Assembly: GCF_000315625.1 (NCBI RefSeq)
Contig: NW_005434643.1
Coordinates: 66,212 to 130,211 of the forward strand
Reading direction: 5' to 3'
Length of the DNA stretch: 64,000 nucleotides
From: Guillardia theta CCMP2712
Taxonomy: Eukaryota; Protista; Cryptophyta
Part shown: one piece after another, positions 23,675 to 35,538 of the stretch
How the letters are laid out: each line of letters starts with the position of its first letter
How positions within the stretch are numbered: position 1 is the first letter of the stretch
Made by a program: the position numbers and the translations under genes
The notes under the pieces: model-generated
The model's database searches: none
What the model was told of the DNA's origin: nothing
Seen by the model: only the letters and a program-made list of their open reading frames with translations

Positions 23675-23699
23675 GTACTGATTTTTAACTTAACTTTGA
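23675..23699 (+). repeat. Right target-site duplication
   Basis: Identical to 19177-19201; directly abuts the element 3' end ...ATTGTCCTC. Confidence 0.9.
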
Positions 23700-24519
23700 G
23701 TGAAGAAGATGCCACGGCTCAACCCGGCGTTGAGTAAAAAAGCGGCGGCGAGTCGGCCACTTAATAGTGACAGTGAGCCTCACTGAGCCGCCGGGCCGAG
23801 GTTTCAACGGTCGGATTCAAGTCCAACGAGCCCGGCTGGAGCAGTGCGGCCGGGCCCCCGGGCCCGGCGCGCCGGGTGGTCATTACGGCCGCGGCCGCCC
23901 GGCCCGGCCGGGATCCGTTGTAGTGACTCGTGACTGACTCACGGTCGCGACGGTGACGCCCCGCACCAAGCCCCCGCGGCAGCGGGACACGGTCCTGAGA
24001 GTCTCCAGGCTCGGAGTCCCGGCGGCGACTCAGTCCCGGAGTCCGGCGGCGCGGCACTGGCATGCTCCGACGACGGGGGCCGGCCGGTTCACTGGAGCCG
24101 GGACGCCGGCGGAGTCAAACGAGTCCGCCATGAGTAGAAACAAAAAGCTGTGTAAAGGTAAAAACAAAACCGTCAGCAAAGAGCTGCAAGAGCTGTACCC
24201 GACATGCTGGCAGCAACACTAGAGAGCGAGAGGGAGGAAGAGAGCGAGAACAGAAGAGGAAGAGAGCGAGGGGAGAAGAGGAAGAGAGAGGGAGGAGGAA
24301 GGGGAAGGAGCATAAGAGCATAAGATTCAGGCAGGCAGGCAGGCATTCTATTTTACCATCAGGGCGTAACTTCAGTTGTATCTGTGGCACTGACATTGGC
24401 TGGTAGTTTTCTTGGCCACCAAAGCTAAAGTTGTCCTACCTTTTATTTGCTTTCTTTTCCCAGTTTCAAGTGAGTTGTGTCCCCTCTGCTATCTTCGAGA
24501 TGTATGACTCTGCGAACCA

Positions 24520-27500
24520 GTGAGGAAGGGATGCACGCTGCATGTCGCCATTGGTCGTGCGCATCTGCCGGAGAAGGAGCAGCATGACGGCGACGAGATC
24601 ACGTGCGTCCTCCGGCTGCTGGGGGAAAGGAACCTGATCAGTAGCGATTATGGCGAGGACAAATCGGTTGCTCCCGTGCGGACGACTGTAGTGAAATCCT
24701 CCCGTCCTTCCTGGGACCAGTGGTTTCAGTTCAACATCGACAACGAGGACCTGGCAAGCAAGCAGCTGGAGGTCTGTCTGTGGATTAAGTCAAAATCAGG
24801 GCAAGGGCCCCAGAGCGCGTCGAGCTCATGGCGTTGGAGGGGACAGATCCTGGTCAACGTCGTCAAGCTGACTTCCGTCCCAGCGTTCAACAAAGAGGTC
24901 GAGCATGAGTTGTATTTCCTGATGCCGAGTGCGGACGGCAGCGCATTCGAGGACACGGGCATCTCTCTCACTGTCCAGCTGAGGCTGCAGGGGGAAAGGG
25001 CCGACATCGTCCCGATCTCAAGGGTCCACTTCTCGGGGGTTTCCCCAGGGTATGAAGGGGAGGAGGATGAGAAGGCGGAGGCTGAAGCTCCTGCCCCGAG
25101 CGCGGGGGAGCGACAGGAGAAGCAGGTGGGAGTTGTGTCAAGGAAGCTGTCGGGCCTCGGGCAAGCGAGGTGGCAGTCGTACATCAACGCCGCCAGCAAG
25201 CTGCCGCTGCTGCAAGACGCGCCTCCCCACCTTATCAGCGCCATCTGCAGGAACATGCAGGCCTTCTGGGTCCGCCCGGGGGAGGTGATCGTTGAGGTGA
25301 GCCTGCTGCCTCTGTGTGGGCTGGAGCATGAGATCGGACGCTGCAGGAGAGAGGAGAGGGCGAGAGCCTCTTCTTCGTCGTCCGCGGGGCATGCAAGGTC
25401 GGAGATCTGCCAGTCAGCGGGGGGAGGAGACGGAGACTGAGAAGTTGCCCAGGTTCTCGTGGGAGGGGAGCAGGTCTCCCGGCTGCAGGACGGCGACTAC
25501 TTCGGAGAGGTCATAGTGCCTTGTGGGGAGTTGAGGGGGACAAGGGCTGACACGGGGGCAGGTTGCGCTGATCCTGGCCGAGAGGTGGATGGCTACGGTG
25601 GTGGCCGTGACGGAGTGTGAGATCCTTGAGCTATCTCGAACCTCTCTGTTCCGGCTCCTCGGGGAGCACCGGGAGTCAGCTCAGAGCATCTACGTGGCGC
25701 TGAGGAGCAGGTGATGATGTTGGGTCGTGCTGATGGCGTTCCTCCCTCCCTCCCTCCCTCCCTCCNNNNNNNNNNNNNNNNNNNNNNNNNNNNNNNNNNN
25801 NNNNNNNNNNNNNNNNNNNNNNNNNNNNNNNNNNNNNNNNNNNNNNNNNNNNNNNNNNNNNNNNNCCCCAGCCATGGCGGCCTGCAGGAGGAAACATGTT
25901 CTGCTCGCTGCCGCGCTCTCCAGCCTCGTCATGCTCACTGCAGGCTTCATCCCTCCGTCATGCCTGCCGACAAAGTCGCTGAGAGCGTCTGCTCGCATGC
26001 TCGTGCCGCGGAAGCGCCGAGGGCGCGGGCAGGTCATGATGGCTAGAGGGGGGCTGGGTGGCTTCTTCCGAGAAGTTTCCCTCCCTCCCTCCCTCCCTCC
26101 CTCCCTCTTGCTATTTCTTTCCTCTCCCTCCTTCCCAACTTTCCTTCCATCATTATTCTTTCCCTACCTTTCATCGATCCCCTTCCCCCCGGTTATCCTC
26201 CTCCTCCTCCTCCTCCTCCTCCTGCCTCTTGACTTGGCTTTCAGCTTGCTTTGTCGGGTTGACTCGTGGAAGCTGAAAACTCTTGAAACGCACCCTGCGA
26301 TCGTTGAGAGGTCTGCGGCAAGGCGGGCCAACCCTCCAGGGCTAACCTCCTCTCCTTCAAGGTGTTTCTCCGACCCGCTGGCCTCCCTCAAGAACAGGGA
26401 GCGGCTTGAGAGGATCATGAAGTGGCACCAGAACTACGATCAAGGTGAAGCGACGATGGTGAGAAGGAGAAGAGAGGGAGCGCTGATCCTCGGAGCAGCT
26501 GCATCCTCCTCCACCTGCACAGCAAGGCAGGAGGAGGAGCAGAACAAGAGCAAGGACCACCCGGGCAAGTGTGGTGGGTTGTCGGAATGGCTCGGCGAGC
26601 ATTCGCAGGGGGCAGAGACAGAGACGTCTGAAGGTAAGAGGAGGCAGCAAGTGAGGAGGAGGGAGGGAGGGAGGGAGGAAGGAAGGGGAAGGGGAGGAAG
26701 CAGGGAGCAGGGAGGGAGAATGGGGCATTTAACTTGCTGTAAAGATGCTGTCGTCAGCAACGCTATGAAGAAGGTTGGGTGTGACAAGCGGTGCGGTTAA
26801 ACTTCGCGTGTTTGACAACCTGCCCTGACCTGAGGTGTTAGCGTCTGGAGTACCCTGCAGAGGCTGGAGATGTTCCAGGGGGCAGACGCGCGATGCCTGG
26901 CGGAGCTGGTGACGAGGCTGGTGGAGGTGAAGGTGAGAAGAGCCCAAAGTCAAGGGGTGATGAAGTTGCAAGCGCTGAGTTTCCTGCCGTCAGCTGGCGC
27001 GGGGGGACAAGTTGGATGCGGCCGAGCTGCGAAGTCTCTACCTCTTCTCTTCCGGTCATTGCAAAGTTGAGTCGACACAAGGAAAGTTCTGCTCCCTACT
27101 ACTTCCCTGTGTTCCCCTCTCCCCTCCCTCCCTCCCTCCCCTCCTGCTCCTGCTCTTTCTGCTCCTCCTCCTACCCACTCGGCTCTGAGACGATACTTGC
27201 AGGCGACGTCGTTGAGTGGAAGGAGGATGAAGGGATTGTCGGGGAGGTGGCAGGATTCTCAGCGCCGGTTCGGAAGGTTGTTTGCCTTGGTGAATGTAAA
27301 TTTTTCGAGCTGACGGAGAATGTCATCGGTAAGAGGACAGAAAATTCTTTTGATTTTCTGACGGAACTCTCTCCCTCCCTCCATCGATCACTACTACCGC
27401 CGTTCCTCCTCCCCTCGTTCTCCTGCTCTCCTTCTCTCTCCCCTGTCCTCCTCCCATGACATGTTCTCCTATCTCTTACAGGGACCGTGTTCAACATGTA

Positions 27501-27649
27501 TCCTCACGTCTACAAGGATCTTGCATCAGACGTGAAGGAGAAGCTTCAGCTGCGAGTCGAAGGCAAGTCAACAAGCGCGTCGACAAAGAGGAAGCTGAAG
27601 GTAACTGCCGTCCCTTAATCCATGTCAACTCCCTCCTCCTGCTCCTTCT

Positions 27650-27690
<41 letters not shown>

Positions 27691-28951
27691 ATCTCTTCTC
27701 ACCCTTCTCCTACAGCTAAGATTCAGGGCCTCCACGGGCGTAGACGATCGCTCGACCCCCGAGGCCTGGAGTGTGACGAGCCGAACGGTCCACCGGCTGG
27801 CCCTGCATGACCTGATCCTCTCTCAGAAGATCGACATGTCCACTGAGCACCGGGACCTTGTCTTCACCATCGACTACGACGGCCAGCAGCTCCTCACCTC
27901 CTCCCAGCCTCCGCAAAGTCAGACGCACAGCAACGTCTCCTCCATGTTCCACGGCCGCGTCATCCGCTGGGCCGGCTGCACCGAGATCCCCATGGAGATT
28001 GACAACGGCGACCACGTGGTGCGGCTGACCATCTACAAGCACCGCTCCTTCCGCCGCGATCACTTCATGGGCTCTGCCGAGGTGTCGCTGCGGGGGATCG
28101 TGAAGGAGAGCAGCCCCGTCCACACCAGTCGCCTCCTCACCCTCCCCCTCCTCGACAAGCCGTCAAGGCAGGGAGGAGGAAACGTCAACGACTGGGGCAC
28201 CATCTCCTTCACCCTCACCACAGACCTCGTGCGCAAATACCCGTACAGGCTGAGGGTCCCGAGCGTCGAGTTGTCTCAGGATCGGTCTGTCGTGGTGGAT
28301 CACACGGGAAAGGAGACGATGGAGCTGCGATGGCGGACGTTCCCGATGGAGATGGGCATGAAGGACTCCGACAGCTTCACGTGGGTTGAGAGCCACGTCG
28401 ACTTGATGGATGCGGAGGGAACTTGCCACGGGCAGGTGGTGACGTGGCTGACCTCAAACTCGCACGTCAAGGCAAGGATGATCACGAGGGAAGGCGATCA
28501 CTGGGGGACTTTCTTCCTCTTCGCCTGCCAGGTCAACGAGCTTGCCAAGGGCTCCCTCCTCCAGCAGCTGCGCTGGAAGATCGTCACCAGTTTCGACTCG
28601 CTGCAGATCGGGCTCAGTAGCACGGGCAAGAACGCAACGAGCCTCTTCGTCAACCTAGTCAGGGTCGGGCCGGGCCAGGACAAGCCTGGAGCTGCTCACT
28701 CCATCGGGCGGGTCAAGTTGGACTGTGATGTGGAGAAGGAGCACACATCGATAGAAGTGGAGCAGGGGGAGGACATGGTCAAGGTGGTTCAGTGCGCTGT
28801 GGCAATCCGAGAAGCTCGCAGGCTGGTTCCCAAGTTTCATAAAAGGCTGGTCGGGGACCCGGCACTGACCCTGGGCAAGTTCGAGGAGAACTACCTGACA
28901 GCGCAAGGCGATGACGGCGGGCCCCGGAGGAGAAGGTTCTACACGCGCTGA
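24520..28951 (+). CDS. C2 - cNMP-binding - degenerate cNMP-binding - C2 multidomain protein (first exon not located)
   Basis: C2: RTTVVKSSRPSWDQWFQF...LEVCLW. cNMP: GEEGESLFFVVRG...LQDGDYFGEVALI...ATVVAVTECEILELSR. Second cNMP-like: LEMFQGADARCLAELV...VGEVAGF. Second C2: VRLTIYKHRSFRRDHFMGSAEVSL. TGA at 28949-28951. Confidence 0.78.
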
Positions 28952-28959
28952 ACCAACCC

Positions 28960-31900
28960 TCATCCTCTCGTGAGAGTAACCTGAAAGATTTCCTTCCCCC
29001 TCGCCAGCTGCAGAGTAACGGAGCTGCCAGCATGGCCGGTGAGCCTGGAGCGGATGAAAGCAATATCCTCGTTTACGACCTGCGGGCATCCAGTCAGTTG
29101 TCACACTAGCCCTTATAAACGATTTCTACCCACCTGTATCCCATTGATGGCCACTAGCTCGTCCCCCACCTGTATCTTCCCACTCTTATGTGAAGGCCCG
29201 TTGGGGAGCAGCTCGGCGATGCAGTGAGGCGGAGTGTCCCGAATCCTCATCCCCACACCGAACAGCTGCGGTGGCTTCTTGGGTACAATCTCGTTCTTCT
29301 CCGCATCCTCTTGCTTCGAGCGACTCGCCTTGCACTTGGGGCACAAGTCCCGCTCTGCCAAGGCAAGCGCAAGCTCCTGCTTCAACCGGGCCAGCTCGTT
29401 CTGTAGATTTGCTGAGGAAGCCAGACAATCTTTCAGTTCCCCTTCTTTCTGCCCGACGAGATTCAGTGCTGTTTGCAGATCGGCTTGCAGCTTCTCGACT
29501 TTGTCTCTTTCCTGCTGCAAGACTTGCAAATCAATCATGCCCTTCATCTTCATCAGCAGGTCTTGAATCTGATCATCCTTCTTCTGCATCTCCTTCTGCA
29601 TATCTGACTTCGAGTCATCGCTGGAGGATCTTTGATGAACACACTTCGAGGTCGCAATGCAAGCTTGACTGACAACGGACAAAACCGCTTCGATGGATTG
29701 AGACAACACATCTAGACCAATCGACATGTCAACAATCGACTGATACATAACTGCATGTCCGGCAACTGTACAGACAGAGTTCTGCAGGGAACTGCGTTTG
29801 CCAATTTCATCCTGCAGTGTCAAAATTTCCTCATTCAGCAGACCAACGTCAAGATCAAACTGCAACCGTGCTTTCTCAAGCTCGCCCTCGAGCCTTCGTG
29901 CCTCCTCCTTCGCTCCCTCCAGCGCCCTCGACACCTCCCCCTCCCGCCGACTGAGCTCCCCGACCTCCTGTCTCAAGGACTTCCTCTCCTTCTCGAGCTC
30001 TGCAACCCGCCCCTCCAGCTCCTGTCGCTGATCCTCTCCGGCTCGGGTTCGCTCCTCCAGCCCCCGCCTCTCCCTCTCGCTGGCCTCTAGCCGCTCCTCC
30101 AGCCCTCGCTTCTGTGCCTTGAGTGCCTCGCATGCCTGTGCCAGCTCCTCAAGATCGTTGCGTGCCTTGTTGAGCATCGCCTCCTTGGCCGCTGCTTCAG
30201 CCTCTAGGCCTTCCATCTTCGCCCTGGCTTCCCTCGTCGCTTCATCCTCTAAGCTCGTCAAGTTCCTCTCAAGCTGCCCGAGCCGCTCCATGCTCTCTGC
30301 CAAGAAGCCCTTCGAGGCTCTCTGGATCCCCTTCATGTGCCCGAGTACAGATTCCAGCTTCTCCTCGGCCTCGGCCTCCTGCTTCCTCGCCCTTTCCACC
30401 GATATCGCGTGCCTCTCTCGTACCTCCTGCAAGTCCGCCCTCGCCTTCTCCAGCTCCCGCGTCAGATCTTCCCGTACTGCCTCCCATGACTCCCCGTCCT
30501 TCCGACGCTCGGCCGTCTCTGCCTCCAGTGCCCTCCTTAGCCTGCTCAGCTCGTCCCATAGCCTCTCCCCCTCCCCACACGCCTCTGCTGTCTTCTCCAG
30601 CAGGCTCCCGACGTCCTCCTCGCCGCCGCCTCTGACCAGGCTGACCTCATACCCTTCCCCTCCCCCGCCTCGGCGGAGCTTCAGACGTACCAGGCTCCCT
30701 ACAGACCCCGTGATCATCCGGTCACAGTCTTCGACCGATTTCATCATCACACGACCATCGTTCACTTCAACCAGCACGTCCCCGGCCCGTATCTTCCCCG
30801 CCGCTGCCGCTGCGCTCCCCTCTGCCACCTGGCTTACTACCGGCCCTGACCCGGACTCTCCCCGTCCAAGCTCTATCCCTACCCCGCTGCTGGCCGCCCC
30901 CCGTGCCTGCTTGCAGATCGACGCGTGCATCTGCTTCCCAGCTGCAACGGCTGCCTCGGTCAGCCTTCTTGCCTCCTCCCGCTGCCTGGCGCTCGTCGCC
31001 TGCTCCTCCTCGAGCCTCTGCGCTGCTGTCTCGAGGCGTTTCTGCAGCTCAGCCTCCCTGTTCTTGGCGTGCTCGAGCTCCTTCATCAACGCCCGCTCAG
31101 TCTCCATCAGCTCCTCGCCTCGCTTCGCCTTCTCTCCAAACTCCTTCTGCAGTCGCTCCAGCTCCTCTGTAAGCCGTGCCTGTTCCCTCCCTGCTTGCCT
31201 TCGTGCCTTCTCAAGCTCGCCCTCGAGCCTTCGTGCCTCCTCCTTCGCTCCCTCCAGCGCCCTCGACACCTCCCCCTCCCGCCGACTGAGCTCCCCGACC
31301 TCCTGTCTCAAGGACTTCCTCTCCTTCTCGAGCTCTGCAACCCGCCCCTCCAGCTCCTGTCGCTGATCCTCTCCGGCTCGGGTTCGCTCCTCCAGCCCCC
31401 GCCTCTCCCTCTCGCTGGCCTCTAGCCGCTCCTCCAGCCCTCGCTTCTGTGCCTTGAGTGCCTCGCATGCCTGTGCCAGCTCCTCAAGATCGTTGCGTGC
31501 CTTGTTGAGCATCGCCTCCTTGGCCGCTGCTTCAGCCTCTAGGCCTTCCATCTTCGCCCTGGCTTCCCTCGTCGCTTCATCCTCTAAGCTCGTCAAGTTC
31601 CTCTCAAGCTGCCCGAGCCGCTCCATGCTCTCTGCCAAGAAGCCCTTCGAGGCTCTCTGGATCCCCTTCATGTGCCCGAGTACAGATTCCAGCTTCTCCT
31701 CGGCCTCGGCCTCCTGCTTCCTCGCCCTTTCCACCGATATCGCGTGCCTCTCTCGTACCTCCTGCAAGTCCGCCCTCGCCTTCTCCAGCTCCCGCGTCAG
31801 ATCTTCCCGTACTGCCTCCCATGACTCCCCGTCCTTCCGACGCTCGGCCGTCTCTGCCTCCAGTGCCCTCCTTAGCCTGCTCAGCTCGTCCCATAGCCTC

Positions 31901-34900
31901 TCCCCCTCCCCACACGCCTCTGCTGTCTTCTCCAGCAGGCTCCCGACGTCCTCCTCGCCGCCGCCTCTGACCAGGCTGACCTCATACCCTTCCCCTCCCC
32001 CGCCTCGGCGGAGCTTCAGACGTACCAGGCTCCCTACCGGTCCAACAAGCATGTCTCCATGCCCCTCCTGGCCTTTCGCGTTTCTCCCGTCTACCTCCAC
32101 AAGCACGTCCCCGGCCCGTATCTTCCCCGCCGCTGCCGCTGCGCTCCCCTCTGCCACCTGGCTTACTACCGGCCCTGACCCGGACTCTCCCCGTCCAAGC
32201 TCTATCCCTACCCCGCTGCTGGCCGCCCCCCGTGCCTGCTTGCAGATCGACGCGTGCATCTGCTTCCCAGCTGCAACGGCTGCCTCGGTCAGCCTTCTTG
32301 CCTCCTCCCGCTGCCTGGCGCCCGTCGCCTGCTCCTCCTCGAGCCTCTGCGCTGCTGTCTCGAGGCGTTTCTGCAGCTCAGCCTCCCTGTTCTTGGCGTG
32401 CTCGAGCTCCTTCATCAACGCCCGCTCAGTCTCCATCAGCTCCTCGCCTCGCTTCGCCTTCTCTCCAAACTCCTTCTGCAGTCGCTCCAGCTCCTCTGTA
32501 AGCCGTGCCTGTTCCCTCCCTGCTTGCCTTCGTGCCTTCTCAAGCTCGCCCTCGAGCCTTCGTGCCTCCTCCTTCGCTCCCTCCAGCGCCCTCGACACCT
32601 CCCCCTCCCGCCGACTGAGCTCCCCGACCTCCTGTCTCAAGGACTTCCTCTCCTTCTCGAGCTCTGCAACCCGCCCCTCCAGCTCCTGTCGCTGATCCTC
32701 TCCGGCTCGGGTTCGCTCCTCCAGCCCCCGCCTCTCCCTCTCGCTGGCCTCTAGCCGCTCCTCCAGCCCTCGCTTCTGTGCCTTCAAGGCATCCAGAGCT
32801 TGTCTGCATAGTTCTAGGGATATTGCTGTTCCGTTGAAGTCTTCTCTTAACGTTTGATACTTTTGATTCAAATGTTCGATTTCGATGTTTACACAGGTCT
32901 GCGTTTCCATCAGGGTATGGTGCATTTCATTTACCTTGTCCTTGAACGTATCAGTGAAACTGACTCTCATCTCCCGAGCTTGCACAAAGAGATTCAAATA
33001 TGCTTTTTCTTTGCGAGCGAATTCCATCTCCTGCTTCCTCGCCCTTTCCACCGATATCGCGTGCCTCTCTCGTACCTCCTGCAAGTCCGCCCTCGCCTTC
33101 TCCAGCTCCCGCGTCAGATCTTCCCGTACTGCCTCCCATGACTCCCCGTCCTTCCGACGCTCGGCCGTCTCTGCCTCCAGTGCCCTCCTTAGCCTGCTCA
33201 GCTCGTCCCATAGCCTCTCCCCCTCCCCACACGCCTCTGCAGTCTTCTCCAGCAGGCTCCCGACGTCCTCCTCGCCGCCGCCTCTGACCAGGCTGACCTC
33301 ATACCCTTCCCCTCCCCCGCCTCGGCGGAGCTTCAGACGTACCAGGCTCCCTACCGGTCCAACAAGCATGTCTCCATGCCCCTCCTGGCCTTTCGCGTTT
33401 CTCCCGTCTACCTCCACAAGCACGTCCCCGGCCCGTATCTTCCCCGCCGCTGCCGCTGCGCTCCCCTCTGCCACCTGGCTTACTACCGGCCCTGACCCGG
33501 ACTCTCCCCGTCCAAGCTCTATCCCTACCCCGCTGCTGGCCGCCCCCCGTGCCTGCTTGCAGATCGACGCGTGCATCTGCTTCCCAGCTGCAACGGCTGC
33601 CTCGGTCAGCCTTCTTGCCTCCTCCCGCTGCCTGGCGCTCGTCGCCTGCTCCTCCTCGAGCCTCTGCGCTGCTGTCTCGAGGCGTTTCTGCAGCTCAGCC
33701 TCCCTGTTCTTGGCTTGATCAAGTTCAGATTTCAAAGTTTGGAAGGCTTGTTCCGTTTGAAATACTTTTTTGTGAAGATTCAGAAGTTCTTGCTTTGCTT
33801 CCTGGAGAGCTTGATGAATTAATTGCTTCTGTTGTTGTTCAATTTTGAGCTGATCTATTTCCATGTTTAATTGTTTTATAGTTTCAGAGTTTTGTTTCAG
33901 CCTTTGATCTTGTTGTTTCGCTCGTTCAAATAATTGAGATCTATCTTTTATCGTCTGCATGATTGAAGATCTCAACAAATCGAGCTGTTCCCTTACCATA
34001 TGATCGCTTTCTTCACATGCATTGATTTTCTCTCGGATTTCAAATGCGCTGAACAAGGCCTCTTTAGATAACCTCTGTTCTTCATCCATTCTTCTTCGAA
34101 CAAAATCCAAATCGGTGACCATCACAATCAAGTCATACTCACAATGCTTCAAGACATCATTCAAATCTGGACCATAGGTGTCAGTCGAACACAGTAACTC
34201 CATATCAACAATGCAAACCAAGGAATTTCGACAATCTTATGTTCATCCCCTGAACGGCATCATTCAGTTTGTCATTGTCTCGTTGCTTCACGGCAAGTTC
34301 ATTCTGAGCAGATTCAAGCTGCCTCTTTAGATCTGAAACAGTCTCTTCGGCCTGCTTTAGTCGATCAGATAAAGACACGTTGCTGTGTAAGACTTCTGAG
34401 AAGTCTTGTACAAAATTGGGAAAATCGCCCTCTACCTTGGTCAGCAAGTGATGATGTTGCTCAAGTTCAATTTTCAAACACTCGAAACTCATCATCAGGT
34501 CTTTGTGTTGATCTTCGACAGCGGTGAGGCGATCAACCTCCCTTTGTAGCTCATTTGCTTTTTGCTTGTTTTCTTTCTGTTGCTTTTTGGTGTTTTGAAG
34601 TTCCAATTTCAACATTCTCGAATTCTGCTGGTATTCTTGTTGCAGAGCTTCCATGCTAAGCTTGAGCTAGACCAGAACAGAATTCAGAAAAGAAATACAA
34701 TTCAAGTCTTCAGAGTAACCTCCTCAGCAGATTTCAGAGGACCCACATAATACCGAAGATCTTCTATTTGTTTGTTAAGTTCTTGTACAGCAGACATAGA
34801 TTGTTCCTTAAACGTACAATTCACACAGAATCAAGCATTGACGAAGATCCTTACCTGCAGCAAAGCAACATTGCTCGCGATAGTATCATCATGCTCCTGA

Positions 34901-35538
34901 TCAGCCAAGACCATCTTCGTCCATAGATCTATTGATTTGTTGATTGTATCAGAGAGCAATTTGTCATCCCTTTGGCGGGCACGATTCTTGCAAGTTGTAA
35001 ACAGTTCAAACAGAGCATGTCGATCAGCAATCACTCTGGTTGCAACGCGTGATAGTTTCACAGTCGATATCATGCCACCAGGCTTTTGAACTTCGATAAA
35101 TACCTCGCTTCCCGGCTGATCTGACCCGACAAGTTCCGATGCTACGTTGTCAGAGTTCACGGCCTTGTCGTCTACTTTAACTATTTTATCCCCTCTGCTC
35201 AACTTCTGGGAATTGTATGCAGGTCCACCGACTACTAAGTTTTCAATGATGCAGCCAGTCAACATAATCCCTACAGTCGACCTTGTCTTGAAATTGGATG
35301 AAAACATCTCCGTCTCTGTATCAAGAACTGATCTGCCAAGAATGCTACTTAGCCTAGAGCATTGGTCCTGGATAGTAGCCAGGGAGTTCTCGAATTCTTC
35401 GGAGCAAGCAACAGCCTTCATTGCAGGATTAGTGGGATTCTCTGTCGCAGGTGACTTGAACTCTTCTCGGGCAGTCTTGGTGTCAGAGTCTTGCTCGGTC
35501 GGATTTAGCCGATAGGCATCACTACCGAACCCTGACAT
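28960..35538 (-). CDS. Giant coiled-coil protein with five PDZ domains
   Basis: N-terminal PDZ STVGIMLTGCIIENLVVGGPA...LSRGDKIVKVD; three internal GVGIELG...IRAGDVLVEV PDZs; C-terminal PDZ FGVGMRI...IQVGDELVAING spliced to ...GSSVTLQLARG...LTRG* (stop 28960-28962). Confidence 0.85.
29868..33715 (-). repeat. Near-identical intragenic tandem repeats, period ~1.32-1.335 kb (about three copies)
   Basis: Identical shadow ORFs recur at offsets of 1335, 1329 and 1317 bp (30119/31454; 30903/32232/33549). Confidence 0.92.

Noticed and set aside
23640-23680. GCCTCCTCG resembling the HDV-like ribozyme P3/L3
   Set aside because: No complementary P3' strand follows and it lies at the 3' end. No convincing HDV or hammerhead core was seen in the 5' UTR either; a covariance-model search would be needed.
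19177-23699. Flanking 25-bp repeats as LTRs or a DIRS-like structure
   Set aside because: Too short; no gag, integrase or tyrosine recombinase; the motif also occurs without the element.
30119-33848. Long + strand ORFs (415, 413, 277 aa)
   Set aside because: Ser/Ala-rich antisense shadows of the repetitive coiled-coil gene.
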